Source: Candidatus Heimdallarchaeota archaeon (lineage in GTDB: Archaea > Asgardarchaeota > Wukongarchaeia > Wukongarchaeales > JBHIFL01). Taken from it: a stretch of 28,538 bases of DNA. Positions within the stretch are counted from its first letter, which is position 1; the number at the start of each line of letters is the position of its first letter. Below are positions 9,608 through 16,988 of the stretch, in pieces. The translations under genes and the position numbers were made by a program. The notes under the pieces were generated by a model, which saw only the letters and a list, made by a program, of their open reading frames with translations, made no database searches and was not told the origin of the DNA. The DNA lies in NCBI GenBank assembly GCA_046761065.1, contig JBHIFL010000052.1:1-28538 (forward strand), written 5' to 3'.

Positions 9608-10759
9608 TTATATGAGTCCAAGGGATTCAAAGAATCCGGGAAATAGGGCAAGGCCAAGCATTGCCCCCAAGATGTTGATCAAGGCCAAAGGGATTAGAAT
9701 TCTCCACATGAGTTTCAGGATCTGATCCATGCGAATTCGATGTAACGAATTCGTTATTATGATGAACAGTAGGTACACAAGGAGCATTTTCCCGATGAAA
9801 ATAAAGGCCGGAGGAATTAAATTGATAATCGGGATAGCGGCATTGGGCACAAAAGGAATTAATTGCCCACCTCCGAGCCATAAAGCAACAGCAGTTCCGG
9901 TAAACAGGAAAATCTCGACATATTGAGCCATGAAAACGATCATGAAGAGGGATCCGCCGTATTCCGTGCGCCATCCGACTACTATTTCACTGTCCGCATC
10001 TTCTATGTCGAATGGCCATCGCCCAACCGATGCTATACCTGCTGTGACAAAGGTGATGAAAGTAAGAGGAAGCAAGAACACAAACCAGATGGTTTTTGCC
10101 TGTGTGAGAGAGATGGTCATGAGACTGAGACTGCCTGTGAGGAGTGCAGGTCCTACCGTACTCAAGAGAAGGGGGATTTCCACAGCAAATTGCTGGTTAG
10201 CGTATCGCCAGCCACCGATGATTGGGTATTTCGATCCAGCTGCCCAACCGGCGAGCAATCCCGCAACAGGAATACCGGTCAATAACGCATAGAGCAAGAT
10301 AAGGTCGTAGCTGAGGTAGTGACAGCCAGTCCCGTTTAGACCCGTTCCAGTGCAGGTCTCAACCCCAGTATCAATGCTATAATAAAGCGCCCAGTTTTCA
10401 TCAAAAGGAAGCAAGCTAAAGGCTGTGAGCGCAAAAAATAAGCTTAAAATTGGTATTACACGAAACATGAGCTTGTGCGCTTTTTTGGGAATGATTGTCT
10501 CCTTGCTGAGAAGCTTGATAAAATCGGCTAAAAGCTGCATGAATCCCCCAAACCCGAGGTGAGTCGGACCTCGCCGATCGTGGATGCGGCCCCACATCTT
10601 ACGTTCGATCCATACATTTGGCCACACCATGATAACGGCGAAGAGTAAACCCGGGAAGATCAAAATTCGAATTAATTGCCATATGAGGTCATGCGTTAAA
10701 AAGGGGATAAGCTGTAATAACAGATCTTCAATATAGGGGATTTTCGGAAAGTAGCTCAT
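9608..10759 (-). CDS. nuoH: Complex I-like subunit H
   Basis: ERKMWGRIHDRRGP, QLLADFIKLLSKETIIP, RWPFDIEDADSEIVVGWRTEYGG, RIRMDQ. Confidence 0.95.
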   Translation of the reverse strand: MSYFPKIPYIEDLLLQLIPFLTHDLIWQLIRILIFPGLLFAVIMVWPNVWIERKMWGRIHDRRGPTHLGFGGFMQLLADFIKLLSKETIIPKKAHKLMFRVIPILSLFFALTAFSLLPFDENWALYYSIDTGVETCTGTGLNGTGCHYLSYDLILLYALLTGIPVAGLLAGWAAGSKYPIIGGWRYANQQFAVEIPLLLSTVGPALLTGSLSLMTISLTQAKTIWFVFLLPLTFITFVTAGIASVGRWPFDIEDADSEIVVGWRTEYGGSLFMIVFMAQYVEIFLFTGTAVALWLGGGQLIPFVPNAAIPIINLIPPAFIFIGKMLLVYLLFIIITNSLHRIRMDQILKLMWRILIPLALINILGAMLGLALFPGFFESLGLI

Positions 10760-10870
10760 TCTGGATTCACCATTCTTGTTTATGTGTACCGGTTCATTTT
10801 GAGTTCGTATTTGATCCTCACATATTTTTGGGGATTATGCTAGCTAGGGTTGATTGTATCGTTTCATGGC

Positions 10871-11974
10871 TCAGCGATCAAGTTCCGCAATATACATATC
10901 AAGACTACCAAATATGGCAACAATATCTGCAAACCGTGTCTCTTGACTTTCTACAATGTGTTTAAAGCCAAACATATGGTTGAAGGAGGGGCTTCGGATC
11001 TTCACCCGAAAGGGCATTCGGGCCTTATCTTCTTTAACTCGGACATAAGCGGCTAAGATGCCCCGTACCCCTTCGATGCGCCCATAGGCTTCCCCAGCTG
11101 GGAGTCGGGCTGGAAACTTTTCCACGTGATAATCCCCGTTGGGGAGGTTTGGAAGTAATTGGTTGAGGATAAGATCGAGACTCGTCTCAATTTCACGGAT
11201 GCGGGCCACTATGCGGGAAAGGGCATCGCCATCTGGGCCCGTTGGGACTTCAAAATCTAGCCTGTCATAAACCAAATAAGGGTCATCTTTACGAAGATCG
11301 GAGCGATCATTCGCCCCTTTTAAATTCGGTCCCGAGATCCCTAACCGAATCGCATCTTTCCGTGAGAGCATTCCAATACCTTGAGTTCGCAATTTGAACG
11401 AGGGGCTTCCGGGAAAGATGCGCCAATAGGTTGGTACGCGTTTCTGAATCCAAGCAAGATTCTTGCGGATCAACTTGATTATCTTGTCACTGAAATCCCA
11501 ACGAACCCCCCCAGGGATGTGATAACTGGGAGTATGCCTTGAGCCGGTGAGTTCTTCGAAGATATCTAAGATATACTCACGATCTCGGAAAGGCCACATC
11601 ATCGTATAGAATTGGCCGAGTTCCGCCCCGTAAGAAGCAAACCAGAAAAGGATAGAATGAATTCGGCTGAGTTCTGCTAGGATTGTCCGAATGTATTGGA
11701 CCCGCTCAGGCACTTCGACGTCAGCAATTTCTTCGATCGCCAGCACATAAGGAAGAGGCAACGCCATCGCTTCAAGCATCGAGAGACGTTCAAAAATCAA
11801 GGGTCCCTGTTGAAACGTTCGGAATTCAAGAACTTTCTCCGCCGAACGATGAAACATACCAATCCGTGGATTAACCTCGACCACATAGTCTCCTATCATC
11901 TTAACTTGGAGGGCAAACCCGTGGACGGATGGATGTTGGGGGCCCATCCAAATCGTAGTTTCTTCCATGGACAC
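10871..11974 (-). CDS. nuoD: Complex I-like subunit D (49-kDa family, no NiFe ligands)
   Basis: GPQHPSVHG, HRSAEK, ELSRIHS, RVKIRSPSF, C-terminal SLDMYIAELDR; no CxxC pairs; AGGAGG upstream of the GTG start. Confidence 0.93.
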   Translation of the reverse strand: MSMEETTIWMGPQHPSVHGFALQVKMIGDYVVEVNPRIGMFHRSAEKVLEFRTFQQGPLIFERLSMLEAMALPLPYVLAIEEIADVEVPERVQYIRTILAELSRIHSILFWFASYGAELGQFYTMMWPFRDREYILDIFEELTGSRHTPSYHIPGGVRWDFSDKIIKLIRKNLAWIQKRVPTYWRIFPGSPSFKLRTQGIGMLSRKDAIRLGISGPNLKGANDRSDLRKDDPYLVYDRLDFEVPTGPDGDALSRIVARIREIETSLDLILNQLLPNLPNGDYHVEKFPARLPAGEAYGRIEGVRGILAAYVRVKEDKARMPFRVKIRSPSFNHMFGFKHIVESQETRFADIVAIFGSLDMYIAELDR

Positions 11975-11991
11975 CGTGTTTTCCTCCTGAC

Positions 11992-12564
11992 CTAAGGCTC
12001 CTCGTCTGATTTATACGCTCCAAGATCGGGAGGATATTTGAATGCTCGATGAGGGTTCTTTGGGATGGGGGGTGGTGGAGCCGCGGTCCTTTCCTTTTCC
12101 CGTGTTCGATCAATAACAAAGCTTTTACGGAGAGGATATTTCCCCCGAAGGTCTTCAGAAAGCAGGAGAAGATCGAGGTTTGGATGACCCTTAAAAGCTA
12201 TGCCAAACATCTCCCAAGTCTCACGCTCATGCCACTCAAGCCCAGGCCAGAGGTCGGTAAGCGAAGCAACTGAGGGGGTCGGTCCTTCTACCTTGGTCTT
12301 CAAGATGACTAGAAGTTTCTGAGAATGTGACCAAAGCCACCAAAGAATTTCATATTTTTCTTCGGTGAGGTCTACGCCGGAGACCAGTTCCCCGCTTATG
12401 TCAGGTAGTATTTTCTGTAACGTTTCCGCGAGGAGCCGCACCTGATGAGTCGGAACTTTGATCTCAATACGTGTTTTAGTGAGTTCTTTCGTCTCTGCCT
12501 CGGGAACTTGCTGCTTTAGTTTAGTCATGAGGTCTTGAGTGAGTGAAATCCTGTATTCCTCCAA
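11992..12564 (-). CDS. nuoC: Complex I-like subunit C
   Basis: SLTDLWPGLEWHERETWEMFGIAFKGHPNL...YPLRKSF. Confidence 0.92.
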   Translation of the reverse strand: MEEYRISLTQDLMTKLKQQVPEAETKELTKTRIEIKVPTHQVRLLAETLQKILPDISGELVSGVDLTEEKYEILWWLWSHSQKLLVILKTKVEGPTPSVASLTDLWPGLEWHERETWEMFGIAFKGHPNLDLLLLSEDLRGKYPLRKSFVIDRTREKERTAAPPPPIPKNPHRAFKYPPDLGAYKSDEEP

Positions 12565-12575
12565 GTTTTTTTCAT

Positions 12576-12887
12576 CTATCCCCTCAGCGTTTTCTGCTCG
12601 AGGAGGTCAATTGTCCGATATCGACGGTTAAACAACATCACCATACACAGAACAATTGCGGTTTGAGCCGCGGCCAACGCAATCAGAAAGAGGACGAAAG
12701 CTTGTCCAGTGATACTAAAAGTTGGAGAATATGTCGAAAAAGCGATTATAGCGATACCAGCCCCATTTGCTGCTATCTCGGTCGAAATAAGAACTCGAAT
12801 TAGGTTCCGCTTGGTTGCAATCCCATAAATTCCTAGTCCAAATAGGGTAAATGCAAGCCCGAGGTACCAAGCTAATGGAATAGTCAT
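12576..12887 (-). CDS. nuoK: Complex I-like subunit K
   Basis: Three TM helices; RNLIRVLISTEI, GQAFVLFLIALAAA. Confidence 0.92.
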   Translation of the reverse strand: MTIPLAWYLGLAFTLFGLGIYGIATKRNLIRVLISTEIAANGAGIAIIAFSTYSPTFSITGQAFVLFLIALAAAQTAIVLCMVMLFNRRYRTIDLLEQKTLRG

Positions 12888-13513
12888 GATGTTTCACTCT
12901 GTGAATTTGCTTCTTCCATCGGTGATAGGTACCCCTCCCTAGGGTTCTCCTCATTCAAGGCTGGTTCTCCACGGAAGGCCGCTATACGTTCGATTTTCTC
13001 CCTTCGCAGGAGAGCAACGCCTCCGATCATGGCTGTTAATAATGCGAGGCCAATGAGTTCCACAGGAAGAACGTAATCCCCCCATATCGCTTGAGCCAGA
13101 GTACCAAGGTTTTGTGCTTGCTCGTAATTCCCAGGGGCAATTTTTGAGGGCCAAGCAAACTGAATGGCACCTAGGGCCATGAGACCAGCGACGAATGCGG
13201 CGATCAAGATACCCAGAAGTGTTCTTTTAGCAGTTGGGTAGGGTTCAAGTGGTTGATCCGCTTCCCGCCGGATGAGTAACACCCCAAAGATAATCAATAC
13301 AGAAATTGCGCCTGTGTAGACAGCCATTTGGATCATTGCGATGAAAGGCGCATCCAATAATAAATATAAGCCTGCCACAATGACTGAAAAGATGCCAAAT
13401 GAAAAAGCGGAATATACAAAATCATGGTATTCTAAGGCCAAGATGGCCAAAGCAATTGCAGAAATGGATAGAACAGCAAATTCCAGCAGTTCAATATCAA
13501 TTGTAAAAGGGAT
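12884..13513 (-). CDS. nuoJ: Complex I-like subunit J; probable non-canonical ATC start at 13513 (first canonical start is TTG at 13450)
   Basis: LDAPFIAMIQMAVYTGAISVLIIF, YVLPVELIGLALLTAMIG. The frame stays open upstream of 13450 and encodes most of TM1 (IPFTIDIELLEFAVLSISAIA). Confidence 0.88.
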   Translation of the reverse strand: MPFTIDIELLEFAVLSISAIALAILALEYHDFVYSAFSFGIFSVIVAGLYLLLDAPFIAMIQMAVYTGAISVLIIFGVLLIRREADQPLEPYPTAKRTLLGILIAAFVAGLMALGAIQFAWPSKIAPGNYEQAQNLGTLAQAIWGDYVLPVELIGLALLTAMIGGVALLRREKIERIAAFRGEPALNEENPREGYLSPMEEANSQSETS

Positions 13514-13655
13514 TTTGGGTAACTCCTGCGTATAAATGTAGGCGCGACAGTTTTTATAAAGAAATAAATATCTTTCGACATATATGATAGAGGAAAAATT
13601 ATATACTCGCCAGTAGTTAAAGCAAATTTAAGCTATTTCAGAGGAGATATCATCT
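13514..13655. promoter_or_regulatory. Divergent archaeal promoter region between nuoJ and nuoA
   Basis: Minus strand: TTTATAAA at 13560-13553 and AGGAG at 13527-13523. Plus strand: purine-rich BRE-like GGAAAAA followed by TTATATA (about 13592-13605), and GAGGAG at 13641-13646 before GTG 13656. Confidence 0.6.
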
Positions 13656-14093
13656 GTGAGGACATTTGAAGAATTCGTACCAATTATTATTTTTGCCGTA
13701 GCCGCCATTGCCCTTGTTATAGTGGTACTGATCCTTTCTGCACTTCTACGGCCACATGAACATCAAAGTGAGACCAAACTCTCACCCTACGAATGTGGGG
13801 AGGAACCCATCGGAGAAGCCCGGATGAATTTCCCATACTCGTACTACGTTTATACAATCATCTTTGCGGTTATCGATGTTTTATCAGCCCTATTATTTAT
13901 GTTTGCAGTTGCATTTCACGCTCCAGAGGGATCTTTGAGATTCAGCATTAGCTTAGTCCTCCAAGCGTTCATTCTCGTAGGGATATTAATAGCAGGGCTG
14001 GTCTATGGGCTGTCAAAGGTCTCAGACGTGATGCTTTCCGGAACGGAAATCCTGGAACTACGGAAGGCAAATAAAAAGGCAGAATTGCAGTAA
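13656..14093 (+). CDS. nuoA: Complex I-like subunit A
   Basis: Three TM helices and KLSPYECGEEPIGEAR...YYVYTIIFAVIDV; T-run at about 14136-14143 downstream. Confidence 0.93.
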   Translation: MRTFEEFVPIIIFAVAAIALVIVVLILSALLRPHEHQSETKLSPYECGEEPIGEARMNFPYSYYVYTIIFAVIDVLSALLFMFAVAFHAPEGSLRFSISLVLQAFILVGILIAGLVYGLSKVSDVMLSGTEILELRKANKKAELQ

Positions 14094-14200
14094 AAGATCC
14101 CATTGTCGTTTAAAGCTTGAAACAAAGGCTTGATGTTTTTTTTGCTAAAATATGTTCATTGGAACACCTAAGTGATCTTTCAATATCAAGAGAACAAAAA

Positions 14201-14217
14201 AAGATCTTACCATATTA
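14201..14217 (+). repeat. 17-bp direct repeat AAGATCTTACCATATTA, copy 1
   Basis: Identical to 14949-14965. Confidence 0.8.
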
Positions 14218-14290
14218 TTCATAACACAATTAGATAGAAATTTTTGTTGGTTTTTCGGACTAGAAACCATTTTGTGGAGAAGGATTCATT

Positions 14291-14815
14291 ATGAATAAAC
14301 ACCAATTTACTTTTTCTTTCATAGAAAAGCAGATCCGAAAGAAGACATTTGGTATTTTAACCACAATTAATCAAGATGGAACACCGCATTCAACAGGCAT
14401 CCTGTTTGGAGTTTCCCCACCTTTCTCAAAGTTTGTGTTATATTTTTTCACGTCGAGGGAGTACAAGAAGGTTCGAAATATAAAGAGAAATCCCTATGTA
14501 TCTTTAATTATCCCTTTCCCCCATTATTACATCCGATTCGCTCCTTCAGGCACAGTTACATTTAATGGGAAGGCTGATTTTATTTCTATTGACGACATTG
14601 ATGTACATGATATCTTTTCTAAAAAAAGAGTACTTAGATTAGTGATAAAAGAAATAGAAACCCAAGATACGGAATCCTTGACCTTTGTTAGGATTATTCC
14701 TAATCCTAAAGTTCTATGCTTTGGCGTAGGTTATAATGTTTTTAAATTAAGAAAGGATCATAGACAAGGAGGCTATTCGGTCATAATCCCACAAGAAAGA
14801 TTACTGGAAATTTAG
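14291..14815 (+). CDS. Pyridoxamine 5'-phosphate oxidase-like (split beta-barrel FMN/F420-binding) protein
   Basis: GILTTINQDGTPHST...LYFFTSREYKKVRNIKRNPYVSL; GGAG upstream of the start. Confidence 0.85.
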   Translation: MNKHQFTFSFIEKQIRKKTFGILTTINQDGTPHSTGILFGVSPPFSKFVLYFFTSREYKKVRNIKRNPYVSLIIPFPHYYIRFAPSGTVTFNGKADFISIDDIDVHDIFSKKRVLRLVIKEIETQDTESLTFVRIIPNPKVLCFGVGYNVFKLRKDHRQGGYSVIIPQERLLEI

Positions 14816-14948
14816 TTACTGATATGTGTATTTGAACATGTGTAGGTATCTTGTTTCTTCAGATTCTATTTCAAAGCTTAGAGATTACATAGAGAAAAGT
14901 TTCAGAGAACCCCCTAAGCAATCCTCACTATTACAAGAATTTGAGTAG

Positions 14949-14965
14949 AAGATCTTACCATATTA
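14949..14965 (+). repeat. 17-bp direct repeat AAGATCTTACCATATTA, copy 2
   Basis: Identical to 14201-14217. Confidence 0.8.
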
Positions 14966-15111
14966 ATTTCATTTCAGGATTGAAGTGGGTATGGTGGGTT
15001 TGTCTGGTAGAACACGTTTTCATACTACTCATCTCTTATTTACTTGAGTAAAGTTAGTGTTCGGGGATATAAGATAAGAGGTGTATCCGCACCTTTTATT
15101 ACGTTCTAAGA

Positions 15112-15750
15112 TCAATCAACCAGAACCAACCCATTCCAAACTGCTGTTTCTTTAGGAGGAATATCAAAGGGTAATCCTGCATTAGCAGCTGTTTGAAAGA
15201 CATCGATGCCCATGGCCTCCATCGAAGGACGAGCTCGAAAGGGATGGCGACACGGCTCATTCGAGCTGATAGCAATGCATTCGGCGCATAACCGGCAAGA
15301 TCCACCAATAAAGCCGACAGCAAATCGATAACCCATCGAGAACGCAGCCGATTCGACCCTATGAACTATTTCATGAAGTTTCATCTTAGCCAGAGTAAAT
15401 GATTCATGATAACTAGCAATGAACGCGTTGTTTTGGTAGAGGTTGGTCACATAATCTGTTTCATTTTTGATCAATTGCTGCATCTCGTGGGGGATTAGAC
15501 AGTTTACTTGGAGGAGAAGGGCAATTCGGTATTTTGAAAGGGTCCGAGCAAAATTGGAAATGGATATACCAAGATGGGGCGGACACATCAAATTTATCCC
15601 ATAATCATCACAAATCGGAATCTGGCATTTCAAGCGAACTCGTTCATCGACTACCACATCTTTTGCATCAAATGCCTTGGCTTTGGTAGCGCCCAACTCA
15701 CGTGCAAGCTTACACAATCGGTTTAAGTGTTGTTCAGTATTATTCTCCAT
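15112..15750 (-). CDS. DUF2284-family predicted metal-binding protein
   Basis: RVRLKCQIPICDDYGINLMCPP, GSCRLCAEC...CRHPFRARPSMEAMGIDV, C-terminal GLVLVD. Confidence 0.85.
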   Translation of the reverse strand: MENNTEQHLNRLCKLARELGATKAKAFDAKDVVVDERVRLKCQIPICDDYGINLMCPPHLGISISNFARTLSKYRIALLLQVNCLIPHEMQQLIKNETDYVTNLYQNNAFIASYHESFTLAKMKLHEIVHRVESAAFSMGYRFAVGFIGGSCRLCAECIAISSNEPCRHPFRARPSMEAMGIDVFQTAANAGLPFDIPPKETAVWNGLVLVD

Positions 15751-15874
15751 TTAAACCACTTAACTCGCGTGCTAGATTGAATAATCAATTAAGGTGGTGC
15801 TCAACATTATTCCGCATTTAGGTCATAGCACATGCTTACACAAGGATTAAATCTTTGATAGATGTACAACGTTC

Positions 15875-16902
15875 TTATTCAAACGAGCGAAGGTCATTAT
15901 TGGAAATGGAACATATTGGAACATATTGATTCGATACGATGTTTAAGATCTTTTTCAAACGCTTTTTTTTTATGTCCAAGTAATGTCTTCGATTAAATAA
16001 ACACTCTTTGATACATATTGAACAGCCATAGTGTTTAAAAAAACACTGGAAAGCATTTTTCTACGCCAATGTGTGTTTTTTGCGCTGTTTTCATGTATGA
16101 TAGGTGTTTAATATATTGCATTTGAGGGATACGCTTTAATACATTGCTTACATCCGGTACAAAAAGTCTCGACCACAGGCATGTGAGTTTTGCGAAGTCA
16201 TTGGAAGATTGGCAATATTGGTATAAATGGCAGCAAGCCGATGGCGTGGACCAAATTCGGGGATAATAAGCAAACCATGACTTCCATGCCATCCCATTCC
16301 GGCCAGCTGGCCGAACGGAGGATATACTATAAGTCCACCAAGCGGATGACCAGTTTGTGCGGCGAAACCTTGTTGTCTAAGATAATCTGTGAGTTTATTC
16401 GCAGCTATTCTGAGATCGTTATAAATCCAGAGAATTATGATCCGCGTTTGAAGATTAGATATCATAGCTATCTTTTCGCAATCCATTTCTATGGCCAAGA
16501 TGATTATATTATCGAAAAGTACGGCTTTACCGCGAAAGATGTATTCTCTCAGAAGTTTGTATAACCGATACTACCAACACCAAGAGATTTCACATAGCTT
16601 GTAACTTTCGTTAAAAACGATTCATCAACTTCTGTTTTTGGATACTGAGTATTTTGATCCAAGGAAGATAGCGCGAGACGCATATTGAGCCGCATGGGGT
16701 GTATGATCCTCAACAACGAAGGTATTAATCTGAGACTAAAGGGAGGTCCCATGGTATCTGGATTTGGGGGAATGAATATCTCAACACGTTCTGGAGATGA
16801 GGGAATTACCCTTATCACATCATCCCTTTAAGTTAAACTATCTTCTACGCCAAGAGGATATAATTCACTTCTGTTAAGAAGTTTAAAGATAGACCCTTTC
16901 AT
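15875..16902 (-). pseudogene. Multiply disrupted QueG/reductive-dehalogenase-like (cobalamin, 2x[4Fe-4S]) gene
   Basis: Fragments across frames: KSLGVGSIGYT; AIEMD; AGMGWHGSHGLLIIPEFGPRHRLAAIYTN; FCTGCKQCIKAYP; KCFPVFF/KHYGCSICIKEC. Several frameshifts plus internal stops. Confidence 0.8.
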
Positions 16903-16988
16903 AAAATCCCCAAACCCAAAATGAGTTCGTACTCTATTATAGTACATTTTCTTCAAACAACTATGCCAGTTTTCGATACTCAAGAGCA

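Noticed and set aside
10760-10870. Hidden nuoB fragment in the D-H gap
   Set aside because: Only 111 bp with short frames and no NuoB CC/GC motifs.
10871-11974. Group 4 [NiFe]-hydrogenase large subunit
   Set aside because: Both CxxC nickel-binding motifs are absent (RLSMLE; DMYIAE).
789-13535. Numerous 60-133 aa antisense or alternate-frame ORFs over the ABC and nuo genes
   Set aside because: Shadow ORFs of hydrophobic membrane-protein genes, with no motifs or translation signals.
15908-15928. GGAACATATT tandem duplicate
   Set aside because: Two copies of a 10-mer in a pseudogene tail; consistent with simple slippage.
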